DNA from: Phoronis australis | Taxonomy: Eukaryota > Animalia > Phoronida | Assembly (NCBI GenBank): GCA_002633005.1 | Contig: NMRA01000023.1 | Location: 640,205-704,204 of the forward strand | Direction of reading: 5' to 3' | Length of the DNA: 64,000 nucleotides | In this document: piece after piece, positions 24,133 to 38,251 of the stretch | Numbering within the stretch: position 1 is the first letter of the stretch | How the letters are laid out: every line of letters starts with the position of its first letter | Translations under genes and position numbers: made by a program | Notes under the pieces: generated by a model | What the model was told of the DNA's origin: nothing | The model's database searches: none | The model's input: only the letters and a program-made list of their open reading frames with translations

Positions 24133-27100
24133 CTGCAAGGATAAGATACTTTGAATGATTGTGACCTGAATACAAGTACTGTAGGTGTGCTCATGTAATC
24201 TCGTGTGAAATAAGACATTTGTTTTATCTATCAAAGGAATACTTATTAAGGGTACTGCAAACCGTCATCCTGTAAAAAATACTTCTGCCTTAGGGTGCAT
24301 GCCGTTTTTTAAACTGGTCTCTTGTTCTTGCTCACTCAGAAAAGAATGGATTTTCTTGGATTGGGAAGCAACTACAGTTCGTTACCACTTCAGACCGGGC
24401 TCGTCAAGTTTGCTTAAACTCAGGCTAGTTGGAGTTTAGAAAATGGGCGCACCCAGCCTGTAAAATGGGGGAAGGCTCTAATTTTTTGAGAACAATGTGG
24501 GCTTTTTACTGAAAACAATTAGTAGTTTCTGCCTTTTTAGTGGATTTTTGTTTCGTTTTCTACTTTTTTGGAGTTTTTGTTTCCCTGAGGCGGACGTTTT
24601 TGCCCACTTAGCGAAATAAGAGGTTCGTTCGAGCCCTCCGAGCCCCCTTCGGTGGGCGCGTGTAGAACACGGCCTCCTTGCTCATTCACATAAATCATTC
24701 CCAAGGCTGACACAAAAGTTTAGGTCACGAACCAGTTTGAGCTGCACAAAGACAGAATCTTTTATATCACAGAGACAGCTGCGTTTCCCTAAATTATTGC
24801 AGTACACTTAAGATGCTGATTTTGCCCATATAAATCGGTCTCGTAATATTCGTTACCGTGGCAGCAATCTACTTCCGATATCATCTAAAGCCACAGGCAA
24901 TGTGTACATGTGCCATTTTCGAATGCACAGATTTTGGGTTGGCCAACTGCAATAAGCTCCAAAGCGTTTCCTGGAGTCACTGATGGTTTTGATGTTGTTG
25001 TTTTAAGGGAACACGGAAGGGAATATTACGAGATCACATCTATGAGAGTGAGAGACCTAATTCGATTTTTCGTTTTTTTATCCAGCTGAACAGAGCGAAT
25101 GCAGCGTTAAGTGCGCACAGTTTTGCAGTGAAGAAGGTGCTGAAATCTTCACTTCACACTGATTCAAGGAACACCAACAAAAATGAACAGTACAGATTAC
25201 AGCAATTACGAAGTAACGCGCAAAATAACGTGATTACTAAACCAGCATGAGCACAGCATACTTTTACGGACTTCGTATAAGGTTCATTCACTGTTTTTAC
25301 CAACGTTTGGATAGTCAAGGACGTTTCTTAACACGCCCGCTTTACTAATTCAAAGCAGGCAAATTAGCTTTTGAAACAACACAAACCTACATTAGTTTTA
25401 TCAAATGTTTACACTCGTACCTGTTGTCGTACACATTCTGGTCCGAGTCACACATTTTGGTGAAGACGTTACTTCTGCTCTTGGTGCAGTCCTGCTTCAA
25501 CCAGTAGTCTTTGCAGCTATCGAAAGGGGGCGGTCTGGTGGGCAGCTCCTCGCACGTGCTGCCTCTAGCCTTGACGTAGACTTTAGGAGCTCTGTAGGGT
25601 CCGAACTTGGCGACATCATTACAGCGAGCTTGGTGGAACTCACAGCTGAAAGCAAATGCCAAGGGTCGGTCTGTTATGGTCTTCAACGTCAGGTAAACTG
25701 AACACGCAAAGACAGATTACTGACTGCCTAACCTATACCGGAGAGTTTTCGTTCAATTATGTTAAAGCGGCATTAAACCTGTGGTTTTTGTCAAAATACT
25801 TTGATTAAGACCACATAACGAGATGTAGTTGGTCTCGTTCCTCGTTCAGAAGCGATTTCTGAACTCGGGGCCGTGACCAAAAGTTGTATAAGCTTGGTTT
25901 GAAGAAGTAACGTTTTTTCCAAGACTAGAAATCACACTTATTTTGACTTTAGGACAACTTGAGACCAGGTCCATAACAGTAAGTGGTCTATACCCATTGT
26001 TGACAAAATTACAGGTTTAATATCGGTGGTAAATGAATTCCTGTTAGTGATAAAGCCATACTTTATTTGATCTAAAGTCACGAGACATTCAGTGAAACAT
26101 TTTCAAGCCAAGAAAACATATGAATATAAGTTCTCAGTTTAACAGAGTTTGCCACACATGCCGTTTATAAGCAAGAAGAAAGCCGTTAGGCTTTTCCGTA
26201 ACATATAGATGTCACAAAGTCGGTGCAACACGAATTAGTGCCAACACTAGAATGGAACATCCTGGTATTCATTGAATAAAGGACCCGTATGTTGGCGTTG
26301 TATAAACGTAGGACACTGAGCCCGGAGGTCTCTTTTTAATGTTGATCACGATCCGACGAAAACTGTTGACGTCAGAGCCCAGAAAATCTAGTACACACAT
26401 TTTCTAAACTAAAAAACTGAAACTGAAATCCACCATCGTTCTGATATCAACGGGTAATTTGCGGTTATGTTTTACTTATATTTTTGAGTTACATGACCTT
26501 ATGAATGATTAATGTCACATACATCACAAAAAGCTGCTCAGGCAGACGTGAACGACATCGTATCGTCACGAGTATAACTTTGTACGCTAACAGGTGTAGC
26601 AGGTGGTAGTTTTTGCGACAGGGAAATGCTCAAATTTTTGTTAGTCCTATTTGAAATACTGTTTTAGAGTGTTTGCGGAATCGTAGTATTTACGACACTT
26701 GATGAATTTTATCTCGCTTTCCAGACTGGGCCCACCCTCGCCAACCCTGATTCTTATCATGCCAAACATTTGGAAACCTGCTTAAAAAAACAGTGCGAAG
26801 TAAACAACCTGTCAAATTGTTTAAAAATTTTAGGTACTTTCAAGTGATTTTTTTCGAAGAGTAAAAACAGGAAAAGAACCTTGATTTTTTTGTTCATGTT
26901 GACATACAAGGGCACTTCCGTTTGCGGCAGGAAGCGAAAGAGTACCGCCTCTCTGGGTTGTTCCTAAGTCGTAATTACAATGACGAATACTGCGGAAAGC
27001 TAGAAACAGCCATTCTCGTTTAAAGTCACACAATCTGTTCTAAGGTGAAAATATGCATTATTGAGATTAGTGTTGTGTAGGGTGGACTTCTTGGGTTATC

Positions 27101-30100
27101 ACCTTTAAACAGAGCTATTTTTGAAACAACAAAATAAGCTATGTTTTGTGAACTTATAAGTCGCGCAGATTCCCTTCATTGGCGTCTAGTCATTCGGGTG
27201 ATTTCAAATACCTCACATTGTCACCGATAATATCACTTGAATGCCTACATGCTTCATGAACGACGCGAGCAATGGGATGAGTTGTTTATTCATGTGGAGA
27301 ATCATGTAGCAGATCACACACGCTTCAACATTGACGCTGCCGGTGAGTGTGCACTCTTGGTAAAACAGCTTTACTTACCCGCGTCATTTCAAAACTTGAA
27401 TTATTCCTCCTGGCACACGCAAAATCAATACAAAACAAGGCCCACCGTTGAAATACCTTCTGTACATTTGCAACTCATACAAGGTAGTCTTTACAAGAGC
27501 CTAGTGTTTTACGACTGCTTATAGAAATGTCTTCTGTACGTTTGCAACGAATAGTCATAGCAAGAACCTGTTTCACTCCTAAAAGGCGTAATTCAGAAAT
27601 TCCTTCCTGCTGATAACATAACTATTTCCTAAAATGGTGTAACTCCAATGCAGTAAAATACATTTAGCTTTTGGAAACATACCAAAATGCTAATCAACCC
27701 GGTAATCTTTATACACGTACATTATTGTAGAACTGTCATTCATTAACAAAATGCAAACTGTTAACTCAAAATACGTTAAATAGTAGTGAAAGTTCAAGTG
27801 CTTGACCTATGCCCCCAGTCATTTTTTTTCAATAAAAAAACAAAACAAATTGTGATGAGCCTAGAGAGTGCAATCTTATTTCAACACAGGCTTAGATCAT
27901 TAACAGGCTACCAAACAGGCGAGAATCTGTTGATTTACGGTTTTAGTCGCTGCAAGGAAAATTATAGAAAATATTGTGCAGGCAATTCTTAGCTGTATTG
28001 ACTAGTCATATCGGACTGTGTAAGACTAATTTCTTACAAGTTTGGTGAGATTATGCGAGTCTTCGCGAGATATGCTATGCTCCTTGTGCGGTACGTGATC
28101 TCACGTGCTTTTAAACAACCTTCGCTACCGAGGTGTAAAATGATCAATGTGTCATATGTATAATGTACATGTACTCATATCACCTCTACCTAACGTAGTT
28201 TGATTCGGAAACTTACTAATTCTTGTAGGTCTTCATGTCTGAGCCGCACAGCGGTTTGCTGTTTTCGTCACATTTCAGGTACTTCGCTGCCCATTGTTCT
28301 GAGCACTTGTCTTGTAGGGGCGGAAGTGTTGGTTTGTCGTCACAGTGCCCGTGATAGATCCAGTGAAGGGCGTGGCCCAATAAACATTCGGCTTTCGCTT
28401 TTTCGCATCTGGAACACAGAGACCGGTAAAGGAGACGAACTGATAGGACTGATTCCCTTATATTCTGAACAAGAGCAACGCAAAACATTGGGATACGCGC
28501 AAGATGGTGTCGAAAACGGTTTGCCCCTAGAGAAGTTCATTGGTACCAAAAATAAAAAACTTCATCGCCTTCCTCACAGGAACACGTTTGCAAAATTTTA
28601 TGAAAATCCGTCCAAGACCTCCAAAGAGATAAAAACGGCCATGAAAATAGAATGTGACAAAGCGGTGGTCGTATACGTCCGAAAAATGCTGTCGTCAGTT
28701 GTATTTGTTATAATTTCCTTCAACGAGTTTAAGATATACTGCCGTGAATGCAAATTACCACAAATGTTCCTGTGGGAAGTTTGACGCATAGGGAAGCTGA
28801 CGCTAAACATCCCCTGGTCTACTTAATAGAAACCCATTTGCCAAACTTCATGAATTTCTGTCAAGGACGACACAGGTGTAAACGTAAAAAATCAATTAAA
28901 AACTGTCCCAAGGGGACACATATATAGTCAGTTGTGTCCGGAAGTCGTCGTCATTTGTTGTGGCATTCATGAAAACACTTGCCAAACTTCACATACATCT
29001 TGCAAGGGTTAAAGAGATAGCAGCTGTGGACAAAAAAATTCTTTCCAGGTAGCACCACGATAATTAGACCAGTTCGAAACTCAGCGTCAGTTGGTGTCTT
29101 CTCAGCAGCAGGGACACATCTGCTAGTTTCCATAATGATTCTTGAAGCGGTTTAGCAGAACCATAGGTGGATGGCAAGAAATGTAAACAAATAAACTTGA
29201 CCACTGGGTGGCATAGAATACGTGGGATGTATCCCGAAATTGGAAAAAAACGTTGTCCCCTTCATAGAAGCCCTTTTGTCACATATTATGAAAATCTGTC
29301 CAGAAACTAGAAAATGAGGGGTAAACGTAAATTAACTAAATTTGACACTAGGGAGCGCTGCGGTGTCAGTTCTTTCCAAAAGTCGTCGTCATACGTTGAA
29401 ATATCGAAAATTCCTCAAGTTCCTGGAACGGGGGACATAAAAAATACCAAAAAGACCACAGTAGTCGGGGCGGTCCGAAAATCAACGTCAGACGTAGACT
29501 TTATGGTGGGAACAAATCTACATGGTGCCAAATTTGTTAAATCCCCCTGAAAATTGGAAGAAGTCGTAGTCTCCTAAAAATTTCCATTTACCAAATTTCA
29601 TGAAAATCCATCAAGGGACTCCTAATATACAGGACAAACGTAGACAAAAATGCCACTAAGGGTCACAGTGGTAGCCAAATCGGTGTGAAACTCATTTTTA
29701 TCTGTCGTAAGAACCCCCATGACAAATCTCATCAAGATCCTGCAGAGGGTTTAGGAGATCCCGACTCGCGTACGACCGGTCAGAGATGACGGAATATGCA
29801 TTCACATATGTATACGTAGGCGCATAAAAAGGTGAGGTTTCCAGATATTTAAAATCGACTGAAAACAATTTAAAGAGGCACAAAACAGCAACTCTTTATA
29901 ATGAGGTTAAAGATCATCCTTTACCAGACCCACACACACACAATCTGATTTCCGCGTTACTATAGAAACTAGGTTGCCTTGACAAACAGTGGATCTTCCC
30001 CGATTGCTTTATTGTTGTAAGTGGTCGACTAGGATCTAACGCTAACTAGAAAACATTTGCTTGTACAGTACATGTATAAACTCCATCACCGAAATCAAGG

Positions 30101-31212
30101 AATTGCAGAATAGAAAAAAAGGATGTATAGAACTTACGTGCTGTTGTATGTAACGCCGTTGTCAGCGCAGTGGGGTCCTACGTGAGCATCAAGTTTGTCG
30201 AACTTGTCACAGTCTACTTTGCTCATGAGTTCACAATATTTTGACTTTGTCTGCGCGGCCACAACTGGAAGATTATGCCGAGAAATTTTAGGATACGAAA
30301 ATATTAAAAATCACCAATACACTATTTATCTTCATTCATATGAGGTGATAGAGGGAGAGTACTGCTTGCGGTGTTTAAGAGTAGGAGTCTTAAAGTTTGG
30401 GTTTGAAATGAATATATTTGCATCACGGAGTCACCTTTTGTACGAAAAACGTTGATTTCTTAGGATGTAAGAACAGACACATAGATATGTTTTGAATGTA
30501 AAATCGTCTGATGTCCTAAATTATGTGAAAAATCAGTGATTTATTAAACTTATTATGAGGTTCTGAGATTTATCCATTAATTTGCCGTCTTGAATTTCTC
30601 AGGGGTTAGTGCCTACAAGTTTTCTAAAACATGCAACCAGCTATGGATACTCAACGGTGACGCATACTACACGTGGCAGTCACGTTTCAAAGTTATAAAC
30701 GAATAAACTGCACTTCAGGAAAATCTAACAATTAAATGTTAAACCCGATTTGAATAGAATATTTCGAAAAGCTTAGATTCCAAATCTGTTAAAACACATA
30801 GAATTAAACGATGATTGTGGACTCCCCTTACAAACTGACGCAATTACTAAGCTCATAACTCAAAAACAAAATTGATTTAGGCGTACCGGCCCATATCACG
30901 GATATAACCCGGTAGCGTTCCTTAGAAGCAAAGCACTTGCGAAAAAGCAACATCACTGTGAAATCACGAGAGTGTTTCGCGAACATGGTCGGAACATTGC
31001 TATCGCGCAGGAGCAAACAGGTGGCCACCGAAATGATTAATCAGCGTGGATGGAATTTTGAATCAAAATTCACTGCCACCATTCCATAAGTAAAGAGTTC
31101 TCACCGCAAATGCCTTGCGATTGTCTTGTGTTTATGGAACTTATCCCCGATATAGAGCCGCTAAAGACAACTTACCGGCCAACGCCAGGGATGCAACGAT
31201 CAACTTCAACAT
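24027..31212 (-). CDS. Secreted two-domain Kazal-type protease-inhibitor-like protein, 164 aa
   Basis: Exons 31176-31212, 30138-30264, 25421-25645, 24027-24132, all GT-AG, phases 1/2/2. Product MLKLIVASLALAVVAA|QTKSKYCELMSKVDCDKFDKLDAHVGPHCADNGVTYNSTCEFHQARCND...GSTCEELPTRPPPFDSCKDYWLKQDCTKSRSNVFTKMCDSDQNVYDNRCFFYQAYCKDNTIRPAFCKPVRPTEEGSTTKPEQ; two Kazal cores C-x10-C-x6-C with TY/VY. Confidence 0.88.
25421..25645 (-). CDS. Kazal gene exon 3
   Basis: tttcag| CEFHQARC...MCDSDQNVYDN AG|gtacga. Confidence 0.9.
25762..26032. mobile_element. Kolobok-like MITE in a Kazal gene intron
   Basis: TTAA-AGCGGCATTAAACCTGTGGTTTTTGTCAA and inverted TTGACAAAATTACAGGTTTAATAT. Confidence 0.55.
28540..29830 (+). 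mobile_element. Helentron-associated (HINE/DINE-1-like) non-autonomous element with diverged internal tandem units
   Basis: Recurring CCAAA(C/T)TTCATGAA(A/T)..TC.GTC and GTCGTC(G/A) blocks at about 28590, 28840, 29280 and 29590; ends ...GCGCATAAAAA. Confidence 0.5.
30138..30264 (-). CDS. Kazal gene exon 2
   Basis: ttccag| VAAQTKSKYC...HCADNGVTYNS |gtaagt. Confidence 0.9.
31176..31212 (-). CDS. Kazal gene, signal-peptide exon
   Basis: ATG LKLIVASLALA G|gtaagt, phase 1. Confidence 0.85.
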
Positions 31213-32967
31213 GATGGAGACGATGTGGATGATGGTGCAAATGCTCACAGTGCTTTAAATTCATGGCATTGATCGTGGGCAGTTTGGGTGCGCCCAAAAG
31301 AGAGGGGGTAGAGGAATGACGAATGGTGAACGTAATGAAGAAGTGACTAAAGTGAGTGTCTCGGTCAAAAACACCCCCTAATGACAGTGCAAAATATTTG
31401 ACCAACCAAAATTGACTTATGCAAAGTAGGTACCTTCGCTACAAAGGGTCACACTTCTTTAGATATCTGTGGAAATACAACTCGTCACCCATTGAACCAT
31501 ATGTTTTTCAATTCCTAGATGATCACAAAAAAACCATCATGCGCACCAAACCAATGCTTTAGTGTCTTTATCTACGTGCTTGTGTTTTTCTTGAAAATGC
31601 GATATATCTGCATTTGGCGCGGGGTAAGTCGCAGCTGCATGTAAGCGACAGATTTTGCACGGATCTTGAGCGTTATACCTCTATCTTTTGGGGTCTGGAA
31701 AACTAGCAAAGCCTTTTTAGAATAAAAACCCACTCAGCAAATATCAAGACCACGATGAAATTACCGAGGTCTTATATCTCTACTTCGTTGGCCTTTGCTT
31801 GCTGCATGTAAAAGTTTTCTCTTCCAACGTGTCCGCCTATTCACGCGAATTTCTCTCGCGTAGCTCGCTCACGTATAGTCTTGCCAGACTTAAGTCTCGA
31901 CGAATTCCGAGCGAAATGTAATTGCTTCCTGGAGAATTGTGTTGTCGACAGCAGCGCACGGTATCGTTTTGGTCAAAAAAGTAAATTACAACTTCTCTAT
32001 TTAACGAAATATGTCCGTCCGAGTGGTGTCGTCGTAGCGACTAGTTATAGATGTTGTTGTCTAGATTGACCCTTTTTTTGGAATCGTCCTGTTAGAAATG
32101 AGGTTACGGCGAGGTGATGCAAAACAACCACCGTCAGACACACTTGGCGCTTCCCAAGTAGATACGATAGATTAAAATGTCTCCCGCTGAGCCGATAACG
32201 CGCCTATACCCTGTCTTCCACGACCAGCCGCCATCGTGATTTCTGCCTCACGAATCTTACTTTAAATATTTTCATTTCCGGTTTGGTATTACCTCGGTAG
32301 ATGTGACTTCAAAGTACAATTCCTGGGGTCAGTGACAATAAAATAAACATTTCATTAGCGGGCTTACTAATTCCTAACCCGAATATTAGACCAGTTGTTA
32401 CTCAATTAGTCCAGGCATTCTTTCGTTTTTTGCAATTTGCGCAAACATGCTCCTGGTAACCCCGATAAGTTTGCCGTCATACACAGTGTATTGGCAGTGA
32501 GTGACCCAGGGAATCCTCATTTACTTCGTAATCCAACACTTCCGTGTATTATCTTATTCATATCGTGCAAAAACGCCCGGCAAAAAGTCCCACAGTTTGG
32601 TCACCCTAGCGCCGCACGATGACTTGCCAGGCGGCGTTGTCGGGCGACTTTTTAGCGATAAAAATGTCTTGCCATTTACTACGTAAGCCAACACTAGCGT
32701 GTGTTGTCTAAGTGCTGTCCACGTACTATATGCCACCCCAGCCAGCTCAGAGCATGTTAAACTGTTAAACCTCACGAGTTGCTGTTGTTGCATATAGTAC
32801 TAGTGTGAGCATACTTGGGCAACTGATCGCACGTGTAACAACTTACCTCACCCATTTCAAGATGGGGTATTTTGTTCTTGTTGCANNNNNNNNNNNNNNN
32901 NNNNNNNNNNNNNNNNNNNNNNNNNNNNNNNNNNNNNNNNNNNNNNNNNNNNNNNNNNNNNNNNNNN

Positions 32968-33000
<33 letters not shown>
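32968..33000. repeat. (AG)n microsatellite next to an N gap
   Basis: Direct observation. Confidence 0.9.
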
Positions 33001-33002
<2 letters not shown>

Positions 33003-33114
33003 TCCTGCTTGAACAGACCATCGGATATTTTTCTAGTCCCAAATGTTCCCTCGGAGTTGTTTCATGTCTGCGCATGTGCCAACTTCAGCAAAGAGAGGTC
33101 ACGGCATCAGCCTA

Positions 33115-33340
33115 ACAGGTCTTAAAAATCGCCAGCGATGTCATTTTCTTTACTCTACCAACTGCAGTACTGTTAACTCTTGTGTAAGCCTATCGCAGTG
33201 GTATGCCGGCACGTTCAACGGCATCCTCCATTTTGAAAGTCACATGATCTGCTGATAGAAGTTCAAACATTTGCAGGTATGAAAAAGCCCCAATGGATAA
33301 TTTGAGCCTCGAAAATACCCGAGTTGTTCCGGATGATCAC
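33115..33340 (+). repeat. Dispersed repeat, second copy at about 43795-43990
   Basis: Shared GGTCT(T)AAAA(A)TCGCCA, TTGAAAGTCACATGA and CGAAAATACCCGA in the same order. Confidence 0.65.
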
Positions 33341-34739
33341 CGTTGTGACTACGCGCTAGTCGGGCTGACTAATCATCCACTTCTCAGTGTTGTTTTCTGA
33401 TAAATTGTTTGTTAATAACATCTGCACCCAACATCATTTATTGTATGAATTTTTAGTTATACAATCGAGTGCCATGTACGAATTATATAGCATCTCGGAC
33501 GCGACAGCAGTATCGCGAGATCTCGTTTAATAACCGCGTTTTACGGTTTTGGACAGCATGAACGGCCACATGCATGAACGTACACGTAAAGTGTTCTGTG
33601 GGCATATATAGTGTGATCCTGCACCAATTTACATGTACATCGTTTTGACGTCGGAAGTGTGGTCGGTAATTATTTCAAGTTTCTCCAACACTTTTTCCAG
33701 CACACACAAAAAAAATAAGAAATGATGTGACATAAAAATATCCCGACACCAAAATATCACAGAACTAATTCTACATGTATAAGCCTTCTGTGACCTACAA
33801 GCAAACACGGAGCAACTTTGCACATAGCCAGCAGCTGTCCTATACTGTAGAGTATAGTCGATTCGTGGATTTCACTAGCGCCGTCTTCGCAGAAAATATT
33901 AGTGTTGCACTATCTGTGCAAATGTTTTGTTTCTGTAGGTGTATGAATTTGACTCATCTAGTGTAGTAAATTATCTCTAGTACTACATATTCAGTGCTAC
34001 GAATTATAAAATAGCATAGGTGACATTGATTGTGTTTTTTAAAGTGAAAAGTATGTATCAGATTGCACCATCGGAGCTAATGTTTTGTGACGTAACTGTG
34101 ATTACATTGGTGTTTTTGAACTTCATTCAATCTAACATATTCAGCGTACGCACAAGCACATCTATTCAATGCAACAGGTAATACATACGTGGCTTGGAAA
34201 TGTATATTATCTCAACTTTTGTTCCAGTGATTACTTGAAAAGTTAGTGGCGTGAAAAGACGACAGTCAGCACAACCGGAGCCTGTGTTTCTATGACACAG
34301 TTGTTATTGTGAAATGCCATTCCTAGCCCTAGGCCATGACCTTACAGGCGAAAAATGCATATTCTGTGATTATTTAAAAATGCGAAGCTTCTGAATACAA
34401 GACTATGTTCCTATACTAGAAAACAAGGTCATGTATGCCTGAAGTGTCGTCCACACCACGTGTTAGAAAACAAATTACTCCTGGAACGAGTTGTAGCTGG
34501 GTTTAGTAGAAGTGTGAATGGTATTTGCAATGGGACAACTTAAAACGGTGGAGACAGAGTTTCCAGTACCATTAAAGTAGGTTCATGAATACATTACGTT
34601 CGCAACGGTGAATCTCCCCCCCTCGTGCAATCCATGAACTAACCCGCCGTGACAAGCAATCGTGATGACGAACTGTCAGTTCGGATTAAGGAAGAATATG
34701 AGACTGATGATTTAACAGTCAGGAACCTAAAGCAAAAGT

Positions 34740-35000
34740 TCTTTTTTATAATAAGGTGCAGGTGCACGAACACAAGTTAAAACATTAGACCGAGTTCAAT
34801 ATGAGCACAGCTCCAGAAATTTTGCATCATGTCCAGGCTCTCCCTTGCACGCATTTACATGTACTAATAAGACTGAGCTCAGGGGAGTAGGCGACACCTA
34901 TGTGCATTGCTCGATTTTCAGCCAGGAAAGACGTTATTCAAATCCAGGTTTCCCAAACGAGAGTCCGGAGCTCAAACCACTGAGCCAGATTGTCTCCCTG
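34740..35000 (-). mobile_element. tRNA-derived SINE
   Basis: On -: A-box TGGCTCAGTGG, degenerate B-box GGATTTGAATA, A-rich end. Confidence 0.5.
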
Positions 35001-36323
35001 CTGAGTATGTTAGACCTGCGTTTGGATTTCGGGCCAATGCGAAGCAAACATTTTTCGGACAGGAATAAGATTAAATATCCGCGATGAAAACATCTTATTA
35101 ATTGTTAGGGATTTGTGCAGTCATGGTGACGCTATGCTTACATGCCCAAATGGACTGATTCGAGCCGATAACTTTTCTAGTCCGTGGTTTTATTGCATGT
35201 GCCTGATTGCCAACATAGGGAGGCCTGGGTTATTTAGCGAATGCCCAGGAAGACGTTTCGTTAGGAAGAGGTGCGTCACACACTTGTGTCGAGAAGCCTT
35301 CGCTACGGAACATAAACCGTAAAGTTATTCCAGCAATTGACCTATCTCCAGGACTTAACTTATTGTTTATTAGTCGACATTACGCAAGGGGACAGAGCTT
35401 AATTGCGATAGGTCATTTCACTATGCCAACCTGCCCGACCGATCGCTTCAGTGACGGGCATTTTTTCAATTTATGCTAATTAGGTCTCGATATATTTCAC
35501 GCGAAACAATTAATTTTAACGTGATCTTGCCTTTCTTTCAACTTAATTAAAGTGCGTTTTGGAATTCAGCCTCGAATTTGCCATTCAAAAAGTGGAATTC
35601 AGCCCAGCTGGATGTTCCACTCAAATACTTGTTGGCCGGACACTCAATTCAAAGATCAACTGAGTACCTACACAGGGGTGTTCATTCAGGGCAGTGCACT
35701 CTTTCAAAAACATGAACACATAGACTCATCGCCTTCTATGGTGTCAAAGTCTCGGTGTTGTACGTCCAGAATTGAATCGACTCCGAGCACGAGCGATATT
35801 CTCATAGCAAAGGTACCCTAATTCAAAATGACTTATTTCAATACTGATGTAATATGAAATGAACTGAATATAATCGCAACCTCAAATTCAGGTGACGTCA
35901 CAATGAAATGACACACATGCGTCTGAAGGAGGTGACAGGTCGCCGTACCCGGGGGAATTCCCCGGCCAATTCTAGACAAAGCATGGAGGGTGGCATTCTG
36001 CCTACATGTATGCAAGGTAAGCACGATGACAGACATTTTCGAAATAACAGTTGTCAGACGCAACTAAGGGTCACTTCTCAATAGGAACACGTGTACCGAC
36101 TTCCATGATGGTGACTTACTCAAGGAAAACCAAAATTGTCACTCGGGTCGTACCATCTGTGCTCTCCTCAATCGAACAGATAATACTAATTTCATTGAAA
36201 TCCATCTAGAAAACTTGGAAGATAATAAGCTTAATAAATCCTATACTAGTCGCAAACCATATCAGCAATGCTATTCTTATTGGGAACACACACTGCCACT
36301 TTTCATGATTCCTAAAACCTTTT

Positions 36324-36737
36324 CAAGGTACCTAAACTACACGGTTAACGGACTCATAAACACGGCCCACGGACGCATGAACACGACTCACGGACCTGCA
36401 AACACCATCCACTGACTCACAAACACGGGAACGGACTCACAAAACACGATCAACGCACCCAAATACACGAGAAACGGACTCATATTTACGAGCAAACATG
36501 GTTAAAGGACTCATCGGTTTCCTGGGTCAGCTGACATCTTCATTTTGTCGTAAACCGTGTTTGGCCGGTTCGTTAACCGTGTTTCCTTGTGAATATGAGT
36601 CCGTGTCCCGTGTATTTGGGTGCGTGGATCGTGTTTTGTGAGTCCGTTCCCGTGTTTGTGAGTCAGTGGACCGTGTTTGCAGGTCCGTGCCCGTGTTAAT
36701 GAGTCCGTTGACCGTGTACAGTAGTTTAGGTACCTTG
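36324..36737. mobile_element. Foldback MITE with long TIRs built from about 20-bp tandem units
   Basis: CAAGGTACCTAAACTAC...GTAGTTTAGGTACCTTG; unit (A)AACACGG..ACGGACTCA; flanked by direct CTTTT. Confidence 0.85.
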
Positions 36738-37887
36738 CTTTTGGACGATAAAAACTACGCTAGGCAGTCAATGAAGGCCATGCGGAAAAATAAGAATACG
36801 GCCAAAGGAAACGGGGCAGGTGCCACCGTTTCCACGATAGTGTCTTTTTTGTCAGCTTTCCTCAACATCCATCAAAGAATTTGGGAGATATCGACTCAAA
36901 AGCAAAAGGAAACAACATTGCTACTGGGAGACTCCTCAGTCGGATTTGTCCTATAATTCTACGTCAGCTACACAAGCAACACATACCAGATATGATGAAT
37001 TTCCATCAAGGACGCTTATAAATAATCAGCTGTGGTCTATTTTGTCCGTTCACGTTGTCACGTTCATAGAAAAACTCTTAACAAATTTCACAACGGTCCT
37101 GCAAGGAGTTTACGGGTTATAGCTGCGGTGTCGGACAGGCGGACTCGAGATACCGGACTAACATGACAGCAATGTGCACAGTAATAGTTTTAATTATGCT
37201 TCCCATGTATAAGATATTCACATTATTATACGCCCGTGCGTGGGAGTCTTTTTGTGTTTTTCCAAACTCTTACAAATTTTTCGCCTTAACGCAAAAAAAT
37301 CGAAATTGTTAGGCGTGCTTACTGGAAAAAATGTTGAGAGAAATTCTCTGGACTCAAAGGAACAAGCCTACATGTGTATTGGATAAAAAAGGCTTAGTTG
37401 ACACTTGGATATTAAGGTTGAAATTTCAAAATCTGTGCTAACTTACAAAGTTTATGTGAAAGATGGGTTCAATCAGTAAACATGAAATAGGCTAAAAATC
37501 AATGCATTACTGTAGTTTTCTCATGTTTTAGCACTTAAAACGCAGACCTCGACGAACGAGCCCATCAAAGTGACGCCCAGCACCATGGGCACCACATGGT
37601 ACGTTGTTGTTGTAACATTCGTAACTACTCGGCTATTACCGTGAGTAGTGAACAGAAGACACTTTGACACATTCAGGCTAGACATTGAATGGAAACATTC
37701 GTAACTACATGTACTCGAGCAATACCATGCGCAGTGAACAGACGCAATGGCTAGAAATTGATCGTTTTACAATTTTTATTTGTGTCAATGTGCGGAGGAT
37801 TAGCATTGGAGAGGTTGTTGCAAAAATGCTCTAAAAACTGTTTCCTTTATCTTTAACAAAATGTGCGATAGATGTGCGAATAGTTAA

Positions 37888-38251
37888 AGGGATACCAAAC
37901 TCGGTTTTGGCCTCAAATTAACAGAATACTAAAACAACTTTCCCATACAGTTTTCTGAAACAAAACAGTGCTCCTTAACCCTCTACACCCCTCAGTAGTT
38001 TGGAGGAAAATTTGAAAACTCCTTTCGAAGTCTGCTAAACGAACAAGCGTGGCCTACGCTTTCCGTGAGTTACACGGTAACAGTGGGAAAAGACCGCCCA
38101 CCAAGGACCGTAATGTCCAATTTATGAAATAGGGGTTATGAGGTTTTAGTTAATTCTTGCTTTTATACTTTAAGATTGACACCACTGACGCAATTATCAG
38201 GTGATAGAACGAGGATTGGTTGAAATCATCAAAACAGGGTTCAGTATCCTT
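37888..38251. mobile_element. Kolobok-type MITE, TTAA target-site duplication
   Basis: TTAA|AGGGATACCAAACTCGGTTTTG ... CAAAACAGGGTTCAGTATCCTT|TTAA. Confidence 0.7.

Noticed and set aside
28200-28784. 194-aa ORF
   Set aside because: TTG start, antisense in a Kazal intron, overlaps repeat units, no domain.
36340-36720. CRISPR-like short repeats (also 62755-63270)
   Set aside because: No unique spacers or cas genes; they are subterminal units of inverted-repeat transposons in eukaryotic DNA.
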